Assembly: GCA_002306335.1 (NCBI GenBank)
Contig: DBRT01000015.1
Span: forward strand, 9,713-54,063
Reading direction: 5' to 3'
Origin: Bacillales bacterium UBA1361
Lineage (GTDB): Bacteria; Bacillota_I; Bacilli_A; RFN20; CAG-826
Length of the DNA stretch: 44,351 nt
The first letter of the stretch is position 1, and every line of letters begins with the position of its first letter. Positions 9,997 to 18,054 of the stretch are shown here, in pieces. A program made the translations under genes and the position numbers. The notes below the pieces were generated by a model. That model saw only the letters and a program-made list of their open reading frames with translations. It searched no databases and had not been told where the DNA came from.

Positions 9997-11331
9997 ATGA
10001 AAATACTTTTATACAACTCACTTACAAAACAAAAAGAAGAATTCATTCCGCTGCGTAAAGGCGAAGTATCAATGTATGTATGCGGTCCAACAGTCTACGA
10101 CTATGTGCATGTTGGTAATATGCGTCCTGTTGTCGTTTTTGATACATTACGGCGCTTTTTTAATCACGCAGGTTATCAAGTGATTTATGTTTCTAACTAC
10201 ACTGATGTTGATGATAGAATCATTGAAAAAGCGCAAAAAACTAATAAAAAAGAAACTGAAATTAGTGAATTTTATATTGAAGCTTTTGCAGACTCGGCAA
10301 CTAAAATTAATGCCTTAAAACCTACATTTACCCCAAAAGCAACGCAGCACATTGAAAGTATGATTGCTTTTATAAAAGTGTTAATCGCTAATGGCGCTGC
10401 TTATGAAAATGATGGTGAAGTATTTTTCCGTGTGTCAAAAGTTGAAACTTATGGTGAATTGTCAAATGTCACACAAGACGAACTTCAAGTTGGTGCGCGG
10501 ATTGACGCTAACCCGAAAAAAGAACATCCGAATGATTTCTTATTATGGAAGAAAACGGATGATGCAGGAATTAAATGGGATTCACCGTGGGGCGCAGGTA
10601 GGCCAGGGTGGCACACAGAATGCGTTGTGATGATTAATGATATATTTGGGAAGCCTTTAATTGATATTCATGGTGGCGGATTTGATCTTAAGTTTCCACA
10701 TCACGAAAACGAAATCGCGCAAGCGAGGGCTTACGCTAATACGGGGCTTGCTAATTACTGGATGCATAACGGCTTCATTAATTTAAACAATCAAAAGATG
10801 GCAAAGTCCACTGGTAACTTTGTAACTGCTAAAGATTTTATTGAAGAGTATGGCGCTACATCATTACGCTTATTACTTTTATCTACGCATTATCGGAGTC
10901 CAGTAAATCTTAGTGCAGAGATAATTGAAAACACTAATAATGAAGTGCTGCGCCTACAAAGAACTAAGCAAGCACTTGTGCGTCATTTTGCGCTACACCC
11001 ACTCAAAGTTACAGATGATTCACTACTCTTAAAATTTGAAGAAGCTTTAGCCGACGACTTAAATACACCAAACGCTTTAAGTGAATTATATGCAGTTGTT
11101 AAAGACTTAAATATCTTACTTCGAAACCCGTTAAAAGAAGAAGAAAAACTCGCTAAATTAGCAAACGCATTTGAAGTAATGCTTGATGTTTTAGGACTTG
11201 ATTTAGGTGTTAAAAATCTAAATGAAGAAGACACTAAATTGCTAAAAGACTACGAAAATGCACGGAAAAACAAGGATTTTGCGAAAAGTGACGCTTTACG
11301 CGAAGAGTTGCAAAAACGGGGTATTTTTTAA
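9997..11331 (+). CDS. cysS: Cysteine--tRNA ligase
   Basis: YVCGPTVY, HVGN (HIGH), GRPGWHTEC, FPHHENE, KMAKS (KMSKS). Confidence 0.97.
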   Translation: MKILLYNSLTKQKEEFIPLRKGEVSMYVCGPTVYDYVHVGNMRPVVVFDTLRRFFNHAGYQVIYVSNYTDVDDRIIEKAQKTNKKETEISEFYIEAFADSATKINALKPTFTPKATQHIESMIAFIKVLIANGAAYENDGEVFFRVSKVETYGELSNVTQDELQVGARIDANPKKEHPNDFLLWKKTDDAGIKWDSPWGAGRPGWHTECVVMINDIFGKPLIDIHGGGFDLKFPHHENEIAQARAYANTGLANYWMHNGFINLNNQKMAKSTGNFVTAKDFIEEYGATSLRLLLLSTHYRSPVNLSAEIIENTNNEVLRLQRTKQALVRHFALHPLKVTDDSLLLKFEEALADDLNTPNALSELYAVVKDLNILLRNPLKEEEKLAKLANAFEVMLDVLGLDLGVKNLNEEDTKLLKDYENARKNKDFAKSDALREELQKRGIF

Positions 11332-12062
11332 TGAATAATAATAACCAAAGAACACAATTAGCCTACGGACGAAATAACGTTTTAGCGTGTTTAGATGCGG
11401 GGATTGTAATTAAAATTATTTTTCAAGAAGGTTTTAGTGATGAAAAGATAATTAAACTTGCCACTAAGCAAAATCTTGAAATTACTTATGCAAAGAAAAA
11501 AGATTTAAATAATATGGTTGCGGGCAATCATCAAGGTATTGTCGCCGTTGTTAAATCTTTTAAATTTAATATTTTGGAAGAACTTATTATTGCTGCGAAT
11601 AATGTAGATAATCCAATTATTTTAGTATTAGATGAAATTAAAGATCCACATAATCTTGGGGCGATAATTAGAAGTGCTGAAGCTTTTGGTGTCACAGGAA
11701 TAGTGATGAAAAAAGATCGGCAAGTCTCAATTACTCCAGCGGTAATGAAAGTTGCTACTGGAGCGCAAAATAATATTTTAATTGCGCAAGTGACTAATCT
11801 TTCGCAAGCATTAGAGAAATTAAAAAAGACTGGGTTCTGGGTTGTAAGTACAGACTTAAAAGCTGAACAAAATGTTAGCGATTTAAAATACGATTTCAAA
11901 ACTGCACTGATAATGGGTAATGAGCATAAAGGCGTTTCACCTTTATTAACGAAAAATTCTGATTTTGTTGTTAAGATTCCGATGCTTGGAAAAACTAATT
12001 CTTTAAATGTAAGTGTCGCAACAGGCGTAATGCTTGCACTAATTCGTCAAATTCAATTGTAG
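11331..12062 (+). CDS. rlmB: 23S rRNA Gm2251 2'-O-methyltransferase (SpoU/TrmH family)
   Basis: NHQGIVA, DPHNLGAIIRSA, GNEHKG, SLNVSVA; synteny after cysS. Confidence 0.92.
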   Translation: MNNNNQRTQLAYGRNNVLACLDAGIVIKIIFQEGFSDEKIIKLATKQNLEITYAKKKDLNNMVAGNHQGIVAVVKSFKFNILEELIIAANNVDNPIILVLDEIKDPHNLGAIIRSAEAFGVTGIVMKKDRQVSITPAVMKVATGAQNNILIAQVTNLSQALEKLKKTGFWVVSTDLKAEQNVSDLKYDFKTALIMGNEHKGVSPLLTKNSDFVVKIPMLGKTNSLNVSVATGVMLALIRQIQL

Positions 12063-12110
12063 TTATTAATAGTAACTTAAAATAAATTACTTAATAGAAA
12101 GGTTCCTGCC

Positions 12111-12722
12111 ATGTCTTTAAAATTTTCAACATCAAACGAAAGCGCTATTCGTGCTTATATCGCTGGTGATAAAGAAGCAATTAATTTAATTCTTGCTAAT
12201 TTTCAATATTTCATAAGAAGTCGCGCTGGTTTACTAGCGTCACTTCATGATAAAAGTGGTATTGATTATTTTGATTTAGAACTAATCGGTCAAAGTGCAC
12301 TTATTACTGCGGTTAGAACTTATAGAGCTGATGCAACTCCCTTTGCTCCTTTTGCCACCGTTGTCATTAATAATGCGATGTCTAATTATATTAAACAACA
12401 AACAAGCCTCACTAATAGCTTGTCGCGTTACGGTATTAGTTTAGATACAACTTTGTATGATGATAATGATAATTTTATGATTTCAGACTCAATTGCTAAA
12501 GTCGTAGCCGACAATGATTTAGGTATATATTCACCCGCTAAGATTGGGTTCTTTGAAGACTTGCTGCCTGTATCATTAACTCCGCTTGAAATAGTAATTG
12601 TTAAAGGTAAACTAGCGGGATATACTTATCAAGAACTGCAAAAGATGTTAAAACTTCCTAAGCGAAAAATAGACGCAACAATTGTTTCAATTAAAGAAAA
12701 GTGGCGGGCACTACTTTTATAA
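12111..12722 (+). CDS. Divergent SigH/ComX-like sigma-70 family factor
   Basis: Region-2-like D..LIGQSALITAVRTY...FAPFA and region-4 HTH GYTYQEL...KIDAT. Sits in the Bacilli rlmB-sigH-rpmG position. Confidence 0.7.
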   Translation: MSLKFSTSNESAIRAYIAGDKEAINLILANFQYFIRSRAGLLASLHDKSGIDYFDLELIGQSALITAVRTYRADATPFAPFATVVINNAMSNYIKQQTSLTNSLSRYGISLDTTLYDDNDNFMISDSIAKVVADNDLGIYSPAKIGFFEDLLPVSLTPLEIVIVKGKLAGYTYQELQKMLKLPKRKIDATIVSIKEKWRALLL

Positions 12723-12822
12723 AATTTAGAATTTTGTTTTACTCCATATAATCGGCAAAAATTATTAATTACAAAGCTTAATAAATCGCTTTTCATATGG
12801 TATAATAAATAAGGAATAATTT

Positions 12823-13902
12823 ATGAAAAAAGACCCATTCATTGAATATTTAAAAGAAAATAACCCTACCGAAAAGCAAAAGAAATACTCTTGGTATACC
12901 GCGATAGGTTTACAAGAAGTTGATGGATTAGAAACCTCGGATTATTTGAAAGAAACCGCAATCAAGAATATAAAGGGCGAAATATCTTTAGATGAAACTA
13001 AAAGATTAATTTTCGCATATTATGAACACGCTACTGAAAGAGAAAAACAGAACGAAGAAGCTGACAAAGTTTCAATTCAAATCGCAGAAATTTTATCCAA
13101 AAAGGCCTTTACTTTTTCTGTTGTTGAGTTCTTAAAAACTCACAAATTTCTATTTTTGGACATTTATGAACATGCAGGTGAAATTCGTAAATTCAATATT
13201 AGTAAAAAGGAATGGATTTTAAATGGAGCAAGTGTTACTTATGGAGACTTTTCTTCCTTAAAAGACATGTTGGAGTACGATATAAGTCAAGAAAAAAGTG
13301 TAGATTATTCTAAGTTCTCGAGAGATGAGAGAATTAAACACATAGCTAAATTTATTGCTGATTTATGGCAAATCCACCCTTTTGCTGAGGGCAATACAAG
13401 AACGACGGCAGTATTTTTAATAAAGTATTTGCGTTCTTTGGGGTTTGATGTCACCAATGATTTATTTGCTAAAAACTCATGGTATTTTCGGAACGCTTTA
13501 GTAAGAGCAAATTATAATAATGTTTCAAAAGAAATATTTGAAACTACAGAGTATTTGGAGTTATTTCTAAGGAACCTTTTGTATAACGAAAACAATAAAC
13601 TTTCAAATCGACAAATGCATGTGGAATATATGAAAAAACCGGACATTGATAAAGAAAAACCGGACATTGATAAAGAAAAACCGGACATTGCCTTAAAAAG
13701 AATGTCTCTGACTGTAAAAACTAAGGCTAATATTATGAGACTGAATGACTCAATTAAGAATGATATTTTTGGGAGAAAAGAAATAATGCACATTTTGAGT
13801 TTGTCTGCATCTAGATCCTCGGAACTTATAAAACAAATGTTAGATTGTGACATTATTGTTGCAGTAAAAGGTCAAGGTAAAGGTAAATATATTTTCAAGT
13901 GA
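12823..13902 (+). CDS. Fic-domain protein with N-terminal VbhA-like helix and C-terminal wHTH-like domain
   Basis: HPFAEGNTRT Fic motif, AIGLQEVDGL N-terminal motif; AT-rich with atypical codon use. Confidence 0.88.
   Translation: MKKDPFIEYLKENNPTEKQKKYSWYTAIGLQEVDGLETSDYLKETAIKNIKGEISLDETKRLIFAYYEHATEREKQNEEADKVSIQIAEILSKKAFTFSVVEFLKTHKFLFLDIYEHAGEIRKFNISKKEWILNGASVTYGDFSSLKDMLEYDISQEKSVDYSKFSRDERIKHIAKFIADLWQIHPFAEGNTRTTAVFLIKYLRSLGFDVTNDLFAKNSWYFRNALVRANYNNVSKEIFETTEYLELFLRNLLYNENNKLSNRQMHVEYMKKPDIDKEKPDIDKEKPDIALKRMSLTVKTKANIMRLNDSIKNDIFGRKEIMHILSLSASRSSELIKQMLDCDIIVAVKGQGKGKYIFK
13634..13690 (+). repeat. 21-bp coding tandem repeat (about 2.7 copies, KPDIDKE)
   Basis: aaaaaccggacattgataaag x2 plus aaaaaccggacattg, read directly. 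Confidence 0.95.
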
Positions 13903-13933
13903 GATAAACCTTCGTGGAATTATGCTATACTCT

Positions 13934-13962
13934 TTGACAGGAAGTAATGGCTGTGCTATTAT
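13934..13962 (+). promoter_or_regulatory. SigA-type promoter for rpmG-secE-nusG
   Basis: TTGACA-17 nt-TATTAT with TG extension. Confidence 0.7.
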
Positions 13963-13995
13963 TCCTTTACTATACACTTAAAAGGAGTATAATAT

Positions 13996-14145
13996 ATGCG
14001 GAAAAAGATTCTTTTAATATGCGAAGTTTGCTTGTCACGGAATTACAACACATCCGTCAACAAAGCCACGCAAACAGAACGCTTCCAAATTAAAAAATAT
14101 TGTCCAAAGTGTAATAAAATGACATTACACAAGGAAAGTCGGTAG
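13996..14145 (+). CDS. rpmG: 50S ribosomal protein L33, zinc type (not in ORF track, 49 aa)
   Basis: Manual translation MRKKILLICEVCLSRNYNTSVNKATQTERFQIKKYCPKCNKMTLHKESR*; SD AAGGAG. Confidence 0.96.
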   Translation: MRKKILLICEVCLSRNYNTSVNKATQTERFQIKKYCPKCNKMTLHKESR

Positions 14146-14155
14146 GAGAAAGATT

Positions 14156-14356
14156 ATGGGATTAAGAAAGTATTCAAACGAAGTTGTTAAAGAGGCAAAG
14201 CGTGTCCGTTGGCCAAAACCAGATGTGCTTTTCCCAACAATTGTCGTTGTGTTAGTTATTGTCTTTTTTGCTGCTTTTATGTTATTTGTAGAAGACCTAG
14301 CGGTCGGTAAATTACTCGGTGAAATTGAACGCGTCTTCCAAGGATTTAAGAAGTAG
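14156..14356 (+). CDS. secE: Preprotein translocase subunit SecE
   Basis: EAKRVRWP plus a single TM; lies between rpmG and nusG. Confidence 0.93.
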   Translation: MGLRKYSNEVVKEAKRVRWPKPDVLFPTIVVVLVIVFFAAFMLFVEDLAVGKLLGEIERVFQGFKK

Positions 14357-14364
14357 GTAACGTT

Positions 14365-14919
14365 ATGGCAGAAAATATGGAAATGAAATGGTACGTTGCA
14401 AGTACGCAATCAGGACAAGAAAACACGGTTGTACATAACATCCGTCGGCGGCTTGAATCAAGTGATAAAGCTGACACTGTTGCGCGCATCATCGTAGCCG
14501 AAATTGAAGAAGAAGTATTAAATAAAGACAATAAAATTGTTATTAAAAAACGGAACTTATATCCGGGTTACATTTTCTTAGAAATGGAAATGAGCGATGA
14601 GATGTGGTTCCTTATTCGTAATACTCCTGGTGTTACTGGTTTTATTGGTTCATCAGGTCGTGGGGCGAAGCCTTTCCCTGTTGAATACGAAGAACTTGAA
14701 CCAATCTTAAAACGTTTAGGTCATGTTGATAAAACAATGTATGAACGTTACGCAGTGGATGATTATGTCCGTGTTATCGACGGACCACTCGTGGGCACTG
14801 AAGGACGGATCATTGAGATTGATCGCGAAACAGGAAATGTTAAAATTGAAGCAGTCTTCTTTGGTCGCGTTACCACCGCTGATATCAACTTTGCGTTAAT
14901 TGAAAAAGTTGAATTTTAG
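14365..14919 (+). CDS. nusG: Transcription factor NusG
   Basis: WYVAST.SGQE, YPGYIF, IRNTPGVTGFIG, KOW domain. Confidence 0.97.
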   Translation: MAENMEMKWYVASTQSGQENTVVHNIRRRLESSDKADTVARIIVAEIEEEVLNKDNKIVIKKRNLYPGYIFLEMEMSDEMWFLIRNTPGVTGFIGSSGRGAKPFPVEYEELEPILKRLGHVDKTMYERYAVDDYVRVIDGPLVGTEGRIIEIDRETGNVKIEAVFFGRVTTADINFALIEKVEF

Positions 14920-14942
14920 ATAAAAACAACTCTAAAAACATT

Positions 14943-14971
14943 CACCCTAGCATTGTGCTGGGGTGTTTTTT
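14943..14971 (+). terminator. Intrinsic terminator after nusG
   Basis: caccctagca-ttg-tgctggggtg followed by a T run. Confidence 0.85.
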
Positions 14972-15044
14972 AATCAAATTATCATAAAATGATAGTCATA
15001 AAATGCTGTTTTTAACATAAAACACGAAAAATTACAATTTATCG

Positions 15045-15072
15045 TTGCCCAAAAATATTTTTTTGGTATAAT
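15045..15072 (+). promoter_or_regulatory. Promoter of rplK-rplA
   Basis: TTGCCC-16 nt-TATAAT with TG extended -10. Confidence 0.6.
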
Positions 15073-15114
15073 CATATGCGTATATTGCTCGCGATGTGCG
15101 GACATAATACGCTC

Positions 15115-15147
15115 GTGGGAGGAAGAGGCGATCTTCCCCTTACCACA
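15115..15147 (+). promoter_or_regulatory. Putative L1-binding leader upstream of rplK
   Basis: GTGGGAGG...ACCAC stem with inner ggaaga/tcttcc hairpin, typical of L1 operators. Confidence 0.7.
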
Positions 15148-15184
15148 GCACGGACATATCTAAAAAACGAAGGAGGAAAGTCAC

Positions 15185-15601
15185 GTGAGTAAAAAAATCG
15201 CAAAAGTCGTAAAACTCGAACTTATCGGTGGCGAAGCTAAACCTGGTCCAAAATTAGCGTCAGTAGGTGTTATTATGCCTAAATTTTGTACTGACTTTAA
15301 TGCCCAAACCGGTGATCGTCGCGGTGAAGTAGTTCCAGTAATTATTACGGCATATGAAGACAAGTCGCATTCTTTCATTTTAAGAACGACACCTACCAGC
15401 ATTCTTTTACGGAAAGCCGCTGGGGACATCAAAAAAGGAGCAGGCAATCCTAAAGTCGAAAAAGTTGGGAAAATTACCCAAACCCAATTACGCGAAATTG
15501 CCGAATACAAATTACCTGACCTCAATGCTAATGACGTCGAAGCCGCAATGAAAATCGTTGCTGGTACCGCACGCAACATGGGCATTGTAGTCGAAGATTA
15601 G
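15185..15601 (+). CDS. rplK: 50S ribosomal protein L11 (GTG start; lacks the PPVG segment)
   Basis: FCTDFNAQT, PVIITAYED, AGTARNMGI. Confidence 0.97.
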   Translation: MSKKIAKVVKLELIGGEAKPGPKLASVGVIMPKFCTDFNAQTGDRRGEVVPVIITAYEDKSHSFILRTTPTSILLRKAAGDIKKGAGNPKVEKVGKITQTQLREIAEYKLPDLNANDVEAAMKIVAGTARNMGIVVED

Positions 15602-15630
15602 TGGAAGAGAACCCACTCGTTAGTACCACA
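15601..15630 (+). promoter_or_regulatory. Second putative L1-binding element upstream of rplA
   Basis: GTGGAAG...TACCAC directly before the rplA SD. Confidence 0.55.
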
Positions 15631-15641
15631 GAGGAGGAAAT

Positions 15642-16325
15642 ATGAAAAGAGGGAAAAAGTACAAAGCCGCAGCGGCTTTAGTCGATAAAGAAAAACTTTA
15701 TACGATCGAAGAAGCAGTTGCGCTTGTCAAACAAACTTCAACAACTAAATTTGATGCCACTATCGATGTCTCATTTAGACTAAATGTTGACCCACGTCAT
15801 GCCGACCAACAAATCAGGGGAACACTCGTGTTGCCACACGGTAATGGTAAGGAAAAAACAGTTCTTGTCATTACTAATAGTCCAGAAGCCGCTAAAGAAG
15901 CAGGCGCTGACTTCGTCGGGGGTAAAGACATGATTGAAAAAATTAAGTCCGAAAACTGGTTTGGTTATGATGTTATCGTCGCCACCCCAGATATGATGGG
16001 CGAACTTGGGAAATTAGGACGATTACTCGGTCCAAAAGGACTTATGCCTAACCCAAAAACCGGAACCGTCACGACTGATGTCGCTAAAGCCGTCCAAGAA
16101 ATTAAGGCTGGTAAAGTCGAATATCGTGTTGACCGGGAAGCAAATATGCACGTGTCAATTGGCCGCGTGAGCTTCGAAGACGAAAAATTAATTGATAACC
16201 TTAACGCACTTACCGAACGCATTGTGAGAGTTCGTCCCGCTGCAGTTAAAGGAACATTTATCAAAAATGCTGTGATCCATACAACTATGGGTCCATCGAT
16301 CAAGATTACATTCCCTGGTCGATAA
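15642..16325 (+). CDS. rplA: 50S ribosomal protein L1
   Basis: [23 protein letters not shown]. Confidence 0.98.
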   Translation: MKRGKKYKAAAALVDKEKLYTIEEAVALVKQTSTTKFDATIDVSFRLNVDPRHADQQIRGTLVLPHGNGKEKTVLVITNSPEAAKEAGADFVGGKDMIEKIKSENWFGYDVIVATPDMMGELGKLGRLLGPKGLMPNPKTGTVTTDVAKAVQEIKAGKVEYRVDREANMHVSIGRVSFEDEKLIDNLNALTERIVRVRPAAVKGTFIKNAVIHTTMGPSIKITFPGR

Positions 16326-16340
16326 GCACAAACTACGCTA

Positions 16341-16432
16341 TCAATAACCTAAGAAAACAACGGCGGAAATAAGCTTAATAATGTTGTCGAGGAAAGAATA
16401 TAAATTAGTGAATATCCTTGTGGGATTATTGA
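16341..16432 (+). promoter_or_regulatory. L10 leader (rplJL autoregulatory RNA)
   Basis: cctAAGA..acaac...TTAA..gttgtCGAGG core with outer pairing tcaataa/ttattga; canonical position before rplJ. Confidence 0.7.
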
Positions 16433-16469
16433 AGCCTCAATTACCAAATTAACGGAAGGAGGATGAACA

Positions 16470-16958
16470 ATGAATCAAAAAAGCATCGTTGCAAAGGAAG
16501 CAATTGTTAAAGAAGTAGTCGATTTAGCTAAAAGTCATGAAGCATTTATCGTGTTTACTTACCACGGCTTAAGTGTTTCACAAATTACTGAATTACGTCG
16601 CTTATTACGCGCTGATGGCAACACGATGGGTGTATATAAAAACTCATTAGTCGAACGCGCAGTTAAAGAACTTGGCCACGAAGAATTAAATGATTATTTA
16701 ACCGGACCAAACGCATTCTTATTTAGTAAAGATGTTAGTTCAGGCGCTAAAGCATTAACCCGCTTCGCACGCTTCAATGATGTCGTCGAAATTAAAGGTG
16801 GTCTTTTCGAAGGAAACCGTGTAGTCGATGGCGCAGAAGTACGTAACATTGGACGCTTACCAGATCGCAACGGAATGATCTCAATGTTCTTATCAGTGCT
16901 CAATGCACCAATTCAAAAGTTTGCCGCTACAGTTAAAGCGGTCGCAGAAAAACAATAA
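16470..16958 (+). CDS. rplJ: 50S ribosomal protein L10
   Basis: YHGLSVSQITELRR, VYKNSL, LTGPNA. Confidence 0.96.
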   Translation: MNQKSIVAKEAIVKEVVDLAKSHEAFIVFTYHGLSVSQITELRRLLRADGNTMGVYKNSLVERAVKELGHEELNDYLTGPNAFLFSKDVSSGAKALTRFARFNDVVEIKGGLFEGNRVVDGAEVRNIGRLPDRNGMISMFLSVLNAPIQKFAATVKAVAEKQ

Positions 16959-16982
16959 AATTGCCCAAGGAGGAAAAGAAAA

Positions 16983-17357
16983 ATGGCAAAATTAACTGTT
17001 ACAGACATTATTGCGGCATTAAAAGAAATGACCGTACTCGAATTAAATGATTTAGTTAAAGCAGTCGAAGAAGAATTCGGCGTTACCGCAGCAGTCGCAA
17101 CTGCTGGACCAGCACCAGAAGATGATGGCCCAGTTGACAAAGGTCCATCAGAAGTCACCTTAGTGCTCAAACACTGGGGTCAAAGTAAAGTTGCAGTCAT
17201 TAAAGCTGTCCAAGCTATCACTGGCTTAGGCTTAATGGATGCCAAAAAATTAGTTGATGGTGCCCCTGTCAACATTAAAGAAAAAATCTCACCTGTTGAA
17301 GCAGAAGAACACAAAAAAGCTCTTGTCGAAGCTGGTGCGGATGTTGAAATTAAATAA
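16983..17357 (+). CDS. rplL: 50S ribosomal protein L7/L12
   Basis: [35 protein letters not shown]. Confidence 0.97.
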   Translation: MAKLTVTDIIAALKEMTVLELNDLVKAVEEEFGVTAAVATAGPAPEDDGPVDKGPSEVTLVLKHWGQSKVAVIKAVQAITGLGLMDAKKLVDGAPVNIKEKISPVEAEEHKKALVEAGADVEIK

Positions 17358-17373
17358 CTTAAATAAGCAAGAT

Positions 17374-17407
17374 GCGAAGACCCACAATTCATGTTGTGGG
17401 TTTTCGT
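17374..17407 (+). terminator. Hairpin/terminator after rplL
   Basis: gcgaagacccacaa...ttgtgggttttcgt; the T tail is short. Confidence 0.6.
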
Positions 17408-17427
17408 GCGTTTAAGGAAGGTTGAAT

Positions 17428-18027
17428 TTGAGTCATTATTTTACAAATAATAACGAGCTAGAACATGATATTCGCACATTAGAATTATCATTACAAGGCA
17501 CAAATTTAACGCTAATTACTGATCGCGGAGTCTTCAGCAATAAAGAAATTGATGAAGGGTCCATTGTACTACTCAAAAGTATTATTAAGAGCATAGACGT
17601 AAAGGGCGAAGTACTTGATGTCGGGTGTGGTTACGGGACGCTTGGCTTATATTTAGCCGCACGCTACCCCGAAATTAAAGTCACAATGTTCGACATTAAT
17701 GAACGCGCTGTAAGTCTAACGAGTGAGAACGCTAAACGCAACAACCTCACAAATACACATGTTTATGTAGATAGTGACTATCAGGCTCTACCTAAACATA
17801 CATTCAACTTGATAGTTATTAACCCACCAATTCATGCGGGTAAAAAAGCTTATTACCCCCTTCTTAGTGCGGCGCGTGACTATCTCACTGATGGCGGAAT
17901 ACTGATGTTTGTGATTCGTAAGTCCCATGGCGCTAAAAGTGCCGCAAAGTACTTAAGTGACTATTATTCAAATATCACACTTATACAAAAAGATGCGGGA
18001 TTCTACGTCTATCACGCACAAAAGTAA
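17428..18027 (+). CDS. Class I SAM methyltransferase, YbxB/RsmC-like
   Basis: GVFS, LDVGCGYG, NPPIHAGK; conserved rplL-ybxB-rpoB position. TTG at 17428 fits SD spacing better than 17422. Confidence 0.88.
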   Translation: MSHYFTNNNELEHDIRTLELSLQGTNLTLITDRGVFSNKEIDEGSIVLLKSIIKSIDVKGEVLDVGCGYGTLGLYLAARYPEIKVTMFDINERAVSLTSENAKRNNLTNTHVYVDSDYQALPKHTFNLIVINPPIHAGKKAYYPLLSAARDYLTDGGILMFVIRKSHGAKSAAKYLSDYYSNITLIQKDAGFYVYHAQK

Positions 18028-18054
18028 CAAAATACAAGTAAAGCGAGGCCATTT

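Noticed and set aside
13634-13690. CRISPR-like array
   Set aside because: The repeats are contiguous, have no spacers and lie in frame inside a CDS.
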